DNA from: Haplodiscus bocki
Lineage: Eukaryota
Direction: 5' to 3'
Assembly: GCA_965655095.1 (NCBI GenBank)
Contig: OZ296651.1
Coordinates: 39,990,001 to 40,054,000 of the forward strand
Length of the DNA: 64,000 nucleotides
A program made the translations under genes and the position numbers. Each line of letters starts with the position of its first letter. Position 1 is the stretch's first letter. Below, in pieces: positions 13,801-26,693 of the stretch. Below the pieces are notes generated by a model. That model was not told where the DNA came from. It worked only from the letters and a program-made list of their open reading frames with translations, and made no database searches.

Positions 13801-14384
13801 GGGGCTCTAATTACACTTATTGGACGAAATTTTACTACATAAGAAATGGGAACATTCAAGGAGCTCTCGAACCCGAAGTAGTTTGGGGTGTTCTCGAACC
13901 CGAACCAGTAGTTAAAGTTCTGAGTGAGCCTATAGACCTCGATGTACTGTTCTCAGTGGCTTTAGTTGATGTTTTTCCAAGTAGCAGCACTCTTTTACAA
14001 CATTCGCTTTCACTTTAAAAATCAGGCATAAGCTTTTGTTAGGACTCCTGTTTCTACACCATTCCACTGCATGTTTTAGTATGGATTTTGGAAAGAGCAC
14101 AAATAACACGCATTGTAACATTTCTTGCACTTGCTCATCAACAAATTGGCCCGGATTAGGCCTCATCGGCAATGTACTGCTTGGGAGCTTTGAATTACAT
14201 GGAAACACGCCACCCTTTTCCGTGGCATTTTCTGATTTTTATTTGACTGTCATGCCTGCATGGGGGAATTATGAGATACATACATTTTCTGTAAACTTAC
14301 GCTATGTTGCATGTGTATGAAGCCATTATTCTTACTGAGATCTTAATACAAGATCAGTAGCCACAAATCACATATCGGTATAGA

Positions 14385-15750
14385 TGTTATCATGTACTAT
14401 TACTCCCCTTCCCCCGGTAAGAAGGAGCCTATGTACTATTCAAACAACCATATGTACTATCTAGAAAGTATTGCTGAGCTTATAAAAGTATATTCATCCA
14501 TCGAAAACCAGAGTGTTGAAACGTCAATGAAAATGACATTTTCCGATGAAGGCTCAAATATCCTAGTACAGAAACAAAAAGCATCGGTCAGCTGCAACCG
14601 ATACGTTAAAAGCCACTAAAGTGGCCTGTAGCGGCCCGACAGACTAAAGTAAGCCAGAACCATAAATGAGCCAGAATACATTTTCAGCCGGAAACATCCG
14701 TTCAATGTTTTCACCCCATTAGTCTATTCTGAGTAGTATAAACATAACTCTCATTTAAAAGAAAACAAGCATACGAAAATAAACCTTGACATAAAATAGA
14801 AACGGACAATAAGAAAATCATCGGTGTACATGTGGGTGGTGTAAACGACCAGTGCGGTAACAAGTATCTAGAAACTTATCTAAAGTATCTAGAAACAAGT
14901 ATCGAAAGTTTTCATCCAGGTTATTGAAGTCTCACGTATTGATTTTCACATAGTTTAATCGGTTTTCATCGAAAGGATGAGAACGACTCATACTGACTTT
15001 CGCAAACTATTCTGAACTTCATCGGTTTTCATCCGAGGGATGAAAAACATCCTCATCCCTAGATGATGCTTTTAGAATTCATCAATTTCCATCAAAAACT
15101 GTAACTAATGATTTAAACTGTCGTACTGCCTATCTAGATTTATTGTAATGAAGCAATGGAACTGGAATGTTAATGAACTGCATCGGAATTCATTTAACTC
15201 AAGGAACAAACGAATGAACTACATATTAGCACTAACATCAAATCTAAAATGTAACTTAGCGAAGTGATGTATTCCGATTAAAATAAAACCGCCTAAAATT
15301 GCTACAGTACAACGCCACGACCACCATTATAGCCTTTGAGGCAGTAAAACACCATATAATATTTGAATACATTGTAAATGTCGTAAGAGATTCATCGAAA
15401 TCCATCAAAAAATTATTTTCACTTGGTTGCCAGTTGTCAGTACGCATTGAGAATTAAGCGGTAAAGAATGGCACACTATCGCAAATAACAGACTGACTGA
15501 AACCAGCAGTTCCGAAACTAGCGGCTTCCCGATCGCTCGTAGAGACAACCCCGACTCTGAATCCGAAGCATGCATCCTGACACAACAGGTTGATGAACTG
15601 AGTGAGACCTACATTGCTCCCTTGGTAAAACAGCTAGAGGACTTAACTCGGCTGAATAAAAAGATGTCGAGTTTTCATCGACAAAACCTTTCCTGAAGTG
15701 CGAGTACCAGTGCTAATTCTAGTGCAGCCGGTCCCTCGCCCGATATCAGT
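14385..15750 (+). mobile_element. Possible LTR plus internal fragment of an LTR retrotransposon
   Basis: Starts TGTTAT, has TATATAA and AATAAA, and ends ..TACA followed by TGTGGGTGGTG (PBS-like). A downstream coding remnant reads QVDELSETYIAPLVKQLEDLTRL. Confidence 0.3.
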
Positions 15751-15840
15751 TAGACATTAAAATGCCTGACTATTATATTGGCTTTGAACAGACACACTGA
15801 GGTAACATTTTTAGCGCAGATTGCTTTCATATACATATTC

Positions 15841-15910
15841 CGTGGCCGAGTGGTGGTTTGGATAAACGACTTGCGTATCTGTAGGTTGTGGGTTCGAATA
15901 CTCTCGTAAT
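15841..15910 (+). mobile_element. tRNA-derived SINE head or tRNA pseudogene
   Basis: A-box TGGCCGAGTGG and B-box GGTTCGAATAC at tRNA-like spacing. The acceptor stem does not pair. Confidence 0.6.
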
Positions 15911-17099
15911 CTATATTTTTTTAACCAATTTTTCGACCAACATGCAAACTACCTCCCTATTATGAAAAACGGACACACCGGTCTAAAAATTTTTCTTGAC
16001 CCCATATTGACATGCCAAACTTTCAGAAAGATCAAAAACAAGATTTTGTAATACACCGTATAAACACGCCTAAATGAATTGGTAGCGAGCTGTAAAACGC
16101 ATTTGGAGGCAAAAGAGCGAAAATGAGCAAAATAGAGCAAATTTATCTATTTTGGCCCACTTGAAAACGAATTCTCGCGAAAAAAATATGAATTTTCATA
16201 GAAATTTGCTAAAAACGATCTTTCGTATCGGTTTGCAATGTACAATTGAAGCTAAAAAGCTTAATCGGAAGTTATAAGAATTCCCATAGTTAGCTGTTTC
16301 TTGCCTACTTCAAAACGCTAAAAACATCATTTTGACAAACAATGCAATCTTAAAATATTGACAAATTATTTATCTCATGAAATGTATTAAACATATTTGC
16401 AGGTTGTTTCTTCAATGAGGTTTCAGTATTCTTCAGCTCGATTTTTCTGTTACCTATTTGCCACAGTTTTGACGGCGACTATTTTTTTTCAATGTACCTC
16501 TTGGTGCAGAAGAATGAAACATGACGTGCGTAAAAGTCCTTTTTTCAAGCCATAATGGGGTTTAATGTCGTTGAATTCTTCACGTATGTTTCAGTTGAGA
16601 CATTCCAATGCAAAAATGAATGACGAAATCCATTACATGGAACATCAGTTAGCCAATCGCAATAGGAGGTTAGTCTCCTCTCTAAGTAGAGCTGACTTTG
16701 AATACGAAAGGTTGGAACATTCTCAAAATTTCTGAGAGCTGTCAAGTGGGTCAGCGAATAAATTTGACAAATGAGGTGGGATCATACTTATGCGTATTAC
16801 CATAAAACAATACTTTCAAGATGTTCAGCTGGTGACACCTGTTTAATCGCGCCAAGTCAGATTCGCAGTAAACACGTATCTCTTGTGTATCAACTCCCAC
16901 GAACTGATTATAATAACACCTTGTTGACTCGAAGTACTGCTCATCGGAAGTTCAGGATTTCGCACTGAAGTTGACAAAAAAGTAAATGCAGCCCAAAATT
17001 TATCGATTAGAAGTTTTTTTCGCCAATGTTTCAAACTTTATTTTAGCCAAATTGTAGCATTTGATTGAGTGGAGTAGTTTTGTTATGCCTATGCAAAAC

Positions 17100-18850
17100 T
17101 ATAGTAGTTTGAAGACTTAGTTGCCAAGATAAAGGATTTCAAACCTTCGAAATACCTAAAAGTAGTTCTATTTTCAAGTTTCCTTGGAATAAACACCTAT
17201 CGAATGATCTTCGAACGGCAAAAAATTTTACATGCGGTAAAACGGAGTCTCTGTGTTAATCTTATGCGAAGTTTTTAACCCTACATGTCAGAAAAAACGA
17301 CTTTCTACGACAAAGTTTCGTCAAAGTAGCCAAAATATCTAGAAGACCTATCAAGACAGTGTGGGACTGCAACAAAATGTTTTTATATGAATGAAGGTCT
17401 GCGGTCTCCTTGTTTTGCCTAATCTTGGCCGCTTTTATATCTTGGCCTGCAGGATGTAAGACTTAAATTTGACAGAAAATTAGCCAAAATTATCTCGATT
17501 TTTTAGTTTAACTTTTTAAAAAATATTTAAAAAGTTCAGCGCAATCAAAGTCTAGTATCTAGTAAATTGAAGTATCTTCGTTATGACTATGGAAAGTCAG
17601 AGTTACTTGAAACCTATGCGCCAAGATAAGAGACTCAAATCGACAAAAACTTTGAAACAGCTGAAAATAGCTAGATTTCAATTTTCTTCAGCAAGAAAAA
17701 CCTGCGAAAATTCCCCGCTACAAAAGTTTTGCCTAATAGTTGTGTCTCTTTGTTATTCTTTTGCTAAATCTAGGTCATTTTTAGAATGAGCTTCCCGGAT
17801 ATAGGACCATACTTTGACAAAAAAAATAGCCAAAAATAGCTCGCTTATTAGTTTGTTTCTAAAAACGTATCAAATTTTTTCACATCGCAACCCAATTATA
17901 GTTTATAGTATATAATACAATGGGTCTCCGTGTTTTTATTTTACTGAATGATAGTCGTTTGTGGAACTAGAGTCCAGAATGAAGGACAAAAATTTGACAA
18001 AATGAAGGACTAAAATCTGACGAAATGGACTAAAATTTGACAAAATGAAGGTCAAAATGGCAAAAGAACGTGGTTGATTTTCAAGTCGCTCTCTTAAAAA
18101 CCTATCGAACATTTTTTTCCAACGGCTACCCAAATTCAGTGTTAGAAGATTGGACTAAACTTGTTATTCTAATGTCCTATCTGTGTCGTTTTTAAACCTC
18201 GTTTCCTGTACAGAGTACCACAATTTGACAAAAGTTCAAAATAGCCAAAAATTGCCTGATTTTTGAGTTTCCTTCCGAAGAAACCTATCCATTATTTTTG
18301 TGACGGTACCGAAACTTTGATGTGTTAAGGATTAGAGTCTGCTTGTTCTGCACAATCTAGGTCATTTTTAGACTAATCTTTTGTATTAAAGGAATAAAAG
18401 ATGACTGCATATCTTCAAATAGCCAAAAAATATCTCGGCTTTCAAGGTTCGTTCGCAAGTGATCTGAGCCAAACCGAATTGTAGTATGTAACAGATTCAA
18501 GTCTCCGTGTTATTCTTCTGCTAAAAATAGGTCATTTTTGGACCTCTCGTCTAGAATGCACCAGTGAAATTGAAAAAAAGTTCAAACAGTCCAAGTTTCT
18601 TTCGCAAAAACACCCATCGATTGATCTGCGAACCGCAACCAAACTTTAGCCTGCGATAAAAGGAGTCTCGGTATTAATGCTATTTGAAATTAAAGTAATT
18701 TTGATCCCGACGTGGAGAAAACCTACTTCTAATTTGACAAAGTTTTGTAAGAACAGCCAAACTTAGCTCGATTTTTTAAATATTTTATCCTAAAAACCTA
18801 ATAAAGAACTGTCGAGAATTTTTTAGTATGGGGTAGATTAGAGTCTTGTC
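17100..18850. repeat. Old, diverged tandem repeat with ~170-180-bp period
   Basis: AATTTGACAAAA...TAGCCAAAA...CTCG-like motif recurs at ~17310, 17467, 17640, 17815, 17990, 18222, 18410, 18570 and 18731. Confidence 0.7.
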
Positions 18851-19193
18851 TTAACGTTTCTGCAGATTTGGAGAAATCCAAGAAATAGATGCAGATATTG
18901 AGCTTTGAACAAAAGTTTCTGCGTGGTAATGTAACGCAAAAAATGTTTCTGGATTTTCTTTTGTTGGCGCGTAAAGAGGCTCCAGTCACCTATACAACAG
19001 CGTCCTGGAAGGTCTTGTTTGACATACCAGAATTTTGAATGAGACCTTGTGTGCGAGTACTTGTTCTGTTATTCTTTGGTTTCAACCGACAAGTCAGAAT
19101 GTGTTGCCAAGAACTCAATTGTCAAGTTGGGTGTCAGAATTCCTGAAAGACTCCAAGATAGATTTAAAACTCTAACTAATTTTTACTATTTAG

Positions 19194-19466
19194 AATCGAG
19201 GAGCTGGAAAACGAATTGAAAGAAATGAGAAAACGAGAGGCTCGCGAAACGGAGTCGCTTGACAAACAACTTCGAGCAATAGAGAAGAATCACAACGCTG
19301 CAATAGAGAGAATCAAAGTGCTGGAAATTGAAAATTTTCGACTGCATGAAAGAAATGAGAAATTACAGAGAGGAGAAACCGTTATTCCTGAAGACTTTGT
19401 TTGCAAACAGCAAGATCTGGCTAATAAACTTCGAGCTGTAGCTACTGAAGGGGAGCAACAAATCAA
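19194..19466 (+). CDS. ENTR1: Coiled-coil exon of an endosome-associated trafficking regulator 1 (SDCCAG3)-like gene
   Basis: Acceptor ttttactatttag, donor AA|gtgagc (phase 2). The peptide IEELENELKEMRKREARETESLDKQLRAIEKN...LANKLRAVATEGEQQI resembles the ENTR1 C-terminal coiled coil and splices in frame to the 32765/37359 exon. Confidence 0.7.
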
Positions 19467-20099
19467 GTGAGCTGAAACAATGTACACTCAGTGACGTACA
19501 TTTTCATCTTTTTAAAGGGCTTTTCTCGATTTCAAGAAAATTGACAATTCTATAGGAATCCTTCCTTTTTTACACAATTATGAAATCGGCCAAATTTGAT
19601 CGGGTAGTTCCAATTTAGGCAATTTCGATCCAATTTTACAAATAGTAATCTTTTTACCATGGTGTATTCAATTTTTCAGCACAGAAATTTCTTTGAGGTA
19701 CAATGAATACATAATCAGGCCTAAAGTGATAAATTTTGACAGTTTTCAAAACTTTACAATAATTTAAATAAAAATATTTCGAGGTTACAGTAAAAATTTT
19801 TAAAATGCGTCAAAAGTAGTTGCAGCGTTGCTGACAGATTTCAAAATTATGCGAAATTTTGTTCAAGTTACACGGAGTCTGTCGATTAGGGGCAATTACA
19901 TTGAGTTTTTGAAAGGTTTTGGGGGTTTTTAGCAAACCTTGAGGAATGTCACAATTTACCATTCCTCCAAACAACGTTTTTGAAAAGCCTGAACAACTTG
20001 AAAACAAAAAAAGTTTGCTGTTTTTCTCTTGAAGTGTATAAATAAGGTGTTTCTGGTAATGCTTTACGAATTGAGTGGCCAAAATGCCAAAACTGACCA

Positions 20100-22885
20100 G
20101 TTATGCAGAAATAAACAAGCGTTCTTTTTTGGTCGGAATTGAAAGTTTTATCAATTGTCAATGCTGTTTTAGTCGGCGATTTTAGGAGTGACTATTTTTA
20201 GCCGCACTTTTTATTACAAAGATGCTCCACTATAACCGTGAGACGCACTGCTGAAAGTTCCTTTTTTGATTTCCGCAAAAGGCACCAAAGGACAGTCGGA
20301 AGTGCCTCAAACAAGGCATATATTGATGTGTAATTAAATTTCATCTTGTACCTTTGCTGAAATGCAAACTTTTTCGCACTGGAAAAACAAGACAATTTCG
20401 TGAAACCCTCCCTTTGCCTTTACCAGAAACAGAGAAATACAAATATGGCAAAAGACAAGAAATACGCCCTTTGCGACACGCGCTTTGACCATTGCATATT
20501 CCGAGCCTAACGGGCGTTGTTGAATTGAGCTCTCCCGTTTCTAAGAACAAGAAAATTTTATTTACACGAGCGAACAAGTGAAGTGTATTACGGAAGACAT
20601 ACAACATCAATTTGTACCTTAGCAAGGTGCACGCATCAAATTTTGACGTCCCTCATCGTCAGTTATTTATGACACTTCTGCCTTTGTCCGCTGTATTTTT
20701 TGATAGAATCAGTTTAAAAATCTGATGATAAAGCTTTTCGACACGTTGCCGAAAACTGCGGTATGGCCGAAAATGTAATAGCATTTATAATTTTTTTTCA
20801 ACGAGAAAAAATGGCGTGAAAACACCCCACTGCACCTGTAGATTTCTGTTCTTGTGCAGAGGTTTTTTCATTTACTTTTCGATGCAAATTTGCAAGGGTA
20901 TCCAATGCAAACCTTCTTGAAATTCTATTTCGAAAACTTAGTCTTTTTCTGAAACTTTTGTAGTTTTCCGTTTCGAGCACTCAATACTATGATTCCGGTT
21001 TCAAACAAACATCATTACTATATCTCAAAGACGACCCGAGAGCATCTAAATACTTCTCAAATTAACCAAAAACATTGGAAACTGCTGCTTTTTTTCACTT
21101 GACAACAGCAAGATGATATATGTAGCCTGACAGCTGATCATTCAATTTCGTCTAATTACGCCTCGGCAGCAATGAAAAAATTATTTGCAGGAATTGTTGA
21201 GTTTTGTGTTGCTGCGCTTGTTTTTGTTGGAAATCTTTCAGATGGAATATCGGAAGAACATTTTTCTCCAGTTTTGCTTCTGAATTTGTCAGTTTTGCGA
21301 CTTTTTTCGACTCAATTTTCGACCAGCCTGTCATTTGTCCGAGAAAGACAAATTTTCTATTATTATTTTCTTGAATATATAAATTTTCTTTTATTGTACC
21401 TAAGCAAGCGATTCTTATATGACTGATTTTTGACTCTGTTTTTTCACGATCCGTTCACAAGTTGCATTTGTCCGTAGGACTTAAAGTTCCTACAGTTTGT
21501 TCATGCGCTCTCGCTTTATTGCAAATGTTTGTTCATGCGTTCTCGCTCAGTTTCAGAAATCTGTTCACTTGGCCTTCTTTCCAGTCTGTCCGCTCGTTTT
21601 ATCCAATTTTAAAACAAATTGATTGCTATAGCTGTTATACTGATTAAACTCGAATGTAGGTTTATGAGAATTAACTGAGTTGATTAACTCCTTTTTAATC
21701 AGTATTTTCCATAGTGCCTATGTCTTTTCGAAATCAATTTGATTTGTTGACTAGTTTTCCGTTGACGCAATTATTGTGAAGCACAGCTTTGCGTTTGTAA
21801 GAATTTAGATATAAGCAACGTTTTGGATGATGTGAGTTGTTCTCTCCCTGATTTTCAAGTTTAACGGTCAATTGATTACGCAAAACATCGTAATGCCACT
21901 GCTCTTGATGTATTTTAGCGGATTTTCTGTTATTCCCATCTACTACTGATGTGTTTTTTACGAGCTTTTAATTCAAATCCTAATTATATCAAAAAAAGAA
22001 TGCATTCTGCGTTTCATGCAGAGTGGTTGTTTATTATTGTGTAACTGCTTTCATGTGTCAAACTGACTATTTTAAAGCTTCTTGGATACTTTTTTTCTCA
22101 TCTGCACACCACTTTGCAATTGGATTCTTGTGTGGGCTGCTGAGTGATTAAGGGGAGCTATTATTTTCTACTTGAATGATATCGTACAATTTTTTCCTCT
22201 TCCTTTCCCACCCCAAGAAACGTTGGAAATTCAGTTGAGATCAGTGAAAGTAAGCGAGTAGTTTTCAGTCATTATTATTTTCGGTGGTGGTGTTTTACGA
22301 AATGAAAATCAGTTCCTCAGTATGTAGACTTTTTTTGTCCCCGGGGTTGCCAACTTTTAGTTAAATTCTCATGCAACTTCTCGCTTACTTTCATTGTCTT
22401 CTTCCGTTGCCTCCTTAAGTTAGTAGTGATCAAAGAGAATGATAGTCAATCAAAGGTGCTCGGTCACTGCGGAACTACGGGTTCGAACCCCACTACCTCC
22501 GCACTGTCATGAAACGACTTTCGTATTTTCATCAACTTCTACGAAAAAATGGTTTTCTACCGCGAAGATTTTTGTTTCGGGCTTTTCGAAGAATTGCGCA
22601 ATTTTTTTTTCAAATTTGAACTTTTTCGAGCAATGTCAAGCATTATGCCTTGATTTTTGAATTTCCTCGACTTCTCTGGAAACTGTGGAAGATTTTGATA
22701 TTTGTACTGAAAGATTACAATCTAATGATAATTGTGACTTTACGGTCAATGACAAAATATGATTCGACTAAATTTCGACAACTTTGAAAAAAAACGAAAA
22801 GAACAAAATTTAAATTTCAAATTACGGGTCAGAAAATACCGCATCGAAAGTATGAGAACGAAATAACCGCTAACCTAGATTTCTC
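20100..22885 (-). mobile_element. Decayed Sola-like DNA transposon (GAG terminus at 22885)
   Basis: Remnant ORF 20341-20625 has GICNGQS and YFSVSGKGKG, resembling the SD.C..Q and F....HGK/GK motifs of Sola-type transposases. A ~75-bp block starting GAGAAATCTAGGTTA ends here on the minus strand and recurs at 31309, 33016 and 37610. Confidence 0.4.
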
Positions 22886-23285
22886 GATTTGCCAATTGTT
22901 GAAAAAATCTTCACTTTTTGAATCATTTGAAAACAATTTAAAGCTTGGTTCAAGAGGAGATGATTTTAAAGAGACTGAGGAACTCAATATCATTTTACAG
23001 CAAAAATTAGCAACCACATAACACTAAGTTGCATGTCCTCCGAGGCAAATTTAGCGGAGATTGAAATTAGCTAGAGAAACAACTTACGCGCACATGCAAC
23101 TTAAGAAGCTAACTGTAGTATAGGAAGGGGGGGGGGGGTTAGAGGCACTTATGACTCTTTCCATATAAGGACGTGCCTTTAGAGCTACTCATTGCTCCTG
23201 AATCTCAAAAAGTTACCAACTCCTAGTGTATCTTTATGAAGGCTCCAACAGTTTATCTAGTTTAACCTTGCGACAACTATGACAG
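21508..23285. repeat. Left arm of ~1.75-kb inverted repeat
   Basis: Reverse complement of ~30945-32683. For example, ORFs 22829..23017(-) and 31180..31365(+) are the same apart from one codon. Confidence 0.95.
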
Positions 23286-24769
23286 CTGTTTGAACAAAAA
23301 CAAACTGAAGCACGATTGGCATATTTTGAACGAGTTTAATGTCAAATAGTTTAAAAATAGACTTCTGTTAAATATGCAAAACTAACCTGCAAAATTGGAT
23401 CCATACAAAGTTTGTATTCGATAAATTCGGTAGATCGTAAACCAGGGAAGCGCAAAGTGTGAAAAATAATTGTTAGTTTCAAGTGTGAGGAGTCGAAAAA
23501 ATCGACTTCCCACAGAAGAGCCCAATTTGATGCTAAACCAGATCACAGCTAGCACAGTCCAACAACCAAAGCACATTGTTCTCGGAGGATGACCGAAACG
23601 ACGGGAAAGCTATTGGAACTGTGCTAGCAATAACGTCAATTGTTTTTGGCAAAAACCATAAAAAGGGAAAATTCAAAATTGCATAACCTGACAAGTAGCC
23701 TGATGAGAGATAAGTGAAATCACTGACCATTCTACTGCCAAATTTCGCGATGACAAGTGTGCTGAGAGAAGTTTCAACACAATTCCAATACTTGGTTTTC
23801 TCATCTACTGAAGAAGGCGAATGGGAAGAGCATGAAGAGCCTCCTTTGAAAACTGTTAGGTATGCGAATGCGTTTCAGCAACCAAAACTGCCCAGAAGTT
23901 TTTGTCGCATCCTAAAAACCCAGTAAAGCAGCACACATTGTGAACACACCATACGGTGCCACAGCACGGGAAATTTTTCTGGAACAGAGGATGTTTGTTC
24001 GAACTTTACTGGAGAGCATTATCACATTTTCTTCTACATCAAAGCTTTCGTCGGAGCCGAAAACTTCATAAAGGAAAGCATCAGTGAAAAGATCACAAGA
24101 GCAAAACCACCTTTAAAAGTTCGAAACAGCTTTGTCAAGTTGTTTACAGTATCGTATCCAGAAAACTGTTTAAACAGAGAGGCAAGTCATGGAGGCAACC
24201 GACTCTTCATGTATGGCGAGAGAATGAAATCAATGTTACAAACTAAATCAACAAAAGACTTGGGATGCAAATTTGAAAACATGTGGGAATTACAGCGGTC
24301 TTGTTACATTGAGTTTAACGAAAATGAAAACGCCGAGAAAATATCTTATCTGTGCAGAAAACTGGCGGAACTGCAGAAGTCTAACGCACTTTTCAAAGAT
24401 TGTCTGATTGATTTTATCAATTTGCTTCAACGTGGCTTCGGGAACATCAACATTGCTCTTCATAATAACGTTCTCAAAGAGGATCTTGGCTATTCCAATG
24501 CCCAGTGCGAATGTTTTGAATGCACTGAAGCTTCAGATTCTGTATTCGAGGGCAATGAGAGAAAAGATTTCAAATTTGATCCTGAATTGTTTTCTCTCAT
24601 AGATGAGAAAGCTCAATTCCTGTAACCAATTAATTATCAATTAAATACTGGACAAAAGCAGTTGTTTCTTTTGGATTCGTAGAGATCATGCGAGAGTTAG
24701 TTCATGTACAGCAATTTAAAGACAATTTCAACTAGTAAATTATCTTTTTCCGAGAAATCCGAAAAGTAA

Positions 24770-25102
24770 AACGCGTTCCTGGCAGTTTGCTACTGTCTAG
24801 ATAAAAACGTAAATCTACATGATACAAACGATTTCGCTCCGTATGGCGGGCTAGTAGGTCGTGGCAAAGGCTACATGGATCGTTGCATGAGTTATTTCAA
24901 ACTTTTCCGTATGCATGCGGTGTTTCACGACGCGTTTGGATTCATGAGGAGTAATTTGGATTTAGGTCCGGGTTATGTCTACGCAGTAACAGAAAAACCA
25001 ATTTTTGTTAATAACATGCTGCTGGGACATTCATCTGGTGTAGCATACTGGCTTTATCTGAAGTTGTTCCACGGAACACTTTACGAGCAGTTTGCATTGT
25101 AA
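24770..25102 (+). pseudogene. PLA2-like protein of the Maverick
   Basis: The frame reads NDFAPYGGLVGRGKGYMDRCMSYFKLFRMHAVFHDAFG: a Gly-rich loop followed by an A..HD dyad, as in viral phospholipase A2 domains. Confidence 0.5.
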
Positions 25103-25348
25103 TCTTTACAAAAATTGGCGATCTGGATGTCAGTTGCACTGGAGTTGCCTGCGATTACCATCTCATTACCTATTTCCGAGAGAGTCTTGCTGAGGCTTCT
25201 CTTTCAACGCAAGATCCCAAAATTTTGATTGAGCAAAATACCAATGGTAAACAATTAAATCTTCGGCTGACCTTAACTGTGCTAAAAAAACTAAACCAAA
25301 CAATTCAATCATATTCAACTTATACGCAATCAGGAACCACTTATCACA

Positions 25349-25690
25349 ATGACAAAAGACACTACGAGCTCAGCACCCCAAATCACTGAGGAATCAACAA
25401 TCAAGCCTGCAGTCGAAGATTTGGCATATCACGTAAACTTTATTGATTTTATCTTTGATGGTAATGAAACAAAAAGACCTCCATTTCAGTTCAATTGCGG
25501 CTGCTGTTGGGACAAAATTGATAGTAACCGCTCCTTTTTAGTATTTTTCTTTCATTACTTCATCATTGGTGCCATTGTATTCATCTCCATTGCCTTATTA
25601 GCTTTCGCTGAGAACAGTTCTTTGCAAACTGGGATTATCGCAATTTTGTCAACGTGCATCGGTTACTTGGTATCAAAAGAAAAACAAAGA
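25349..25690 (+). CDS. Small two-transmembrane Maverick protein directly upstream of the ATPase
   Basis: CGCC motif, then hydrophobic segments FLVFFFHYFIIGAIVFISIALLAF and TGIIAILSTCIGYLV. The ORF tail to 25813 is out-of-frame ATPase sequence. Confidence 0.55.
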
Positions 25691-26390
25691 ACAAGCGCAT
25701 TCCAACCGACCGCAGTGCTTCATTTCTATTGTGGGACCGTGCAGGAGCGGCAAAACGCAACTATTATCGACTATGTTGAAAAATCAAAGCAAAATTTTCC
25801 ACCCATGTTTTGATAAAAGAGTTTTACCTATATAATCGTTACCAGAAACATTTCGACACCCTCGTGGTCAACTGTGTCAGTGAAAAACATTCCATCGAGT
25901 GTCATCAGGGACTTAACTGGTCAGCTGTTGAAAAATGCGCAGCTCTAAAACTGAGCACACTTGTGTAAATCGACGATTTGTATCAACAAGCCTGCGAAGA
26001 TGAATAATTTCTAAACTTGGTAATTGCGGGAAGGCATCGAAATATTCATTTGATTGCACTGAAGCACTATCTTTTTCAACAACCAAAGCATTCAAAAACA
26101 ATCGAATTGAATGTTACACAGATGATTTTGTTCAAAAGCCCCCGTGACCGGGAACAGATGGGTGTGCTCGGCCGACAGATGGGAGATCGACAACTACTGA
26201 TCGACGCATATAAAAAGTCAACACAGGCCCGTTTTCGGTCATTTCATGATTCACTTTGATTCGCACACGGATGCTAAACTAAAATTCTGCTCCAACTGCT
26301 CAGGAAATGGACCATCAGTTTTTTTGTATCATCCAGCAATACTAGAGAAAACTTGACCAATCAGTTAACAAGAGCTCTATATGTTTCAAA
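25690..26390 (+). pseudogene. A32/FtsK-HerA family DNA packaging ATPase
   Basis: Walker A CFISIVGPCRSGKT (GPCRSGKT at 25734-25757), Walker B LV*IDDLY (~25960-25983), AGRHRNIHLIALKHYLFQQ and TQMILFKSPRD. Contains stops and frameshifts. Confidence 0.9.
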
Positions 26391-26399
26391 TTTTTGTAA

Positions 26400-26693
26400 A
26401 CATGAAACCAATCGTTAGGCGTTTACATTTTTTACATTGTTCAAAAGAAAATATAAAATTTTTATGTAACTATCTTTTCAACATTGTCAATCGGCATATT
26501 GCAATGGCTGAGAATGTTTCCAAGAAAAAAACTTGAGAGGCACAGAAGATTGATAGAAACTATTTGTGACAAAAAAGTGGGATTAATGCGAAAGCGACAA
26601 ATTTTGTCAGCTAGCCATGTATTGAAACTGCTCGCTTTCATACAACATTCAACTTCACGTCATTTAAAAGTACGCCATGGCATCGAGCGGTAG
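26400..26693 (+). pseudogene. Basic Maverick accessory ORF following the ATPase
   Basis: KKLERHRRLIETICDKKVGLMRKRQIL resembles the small basic ORF commonly found after the Maverick ATPase. Frameshifted. Confidence 0.45.

Noticed and set aside
22435-22505. tRNA gene (GGGTTCGAACCC), mirrored at ~31690-31755
   Set aside because: Only a T-arm/B-box is visible, with no convincing cloverleaf or acceptor stem. Treated as a tRNA-derived repeat.
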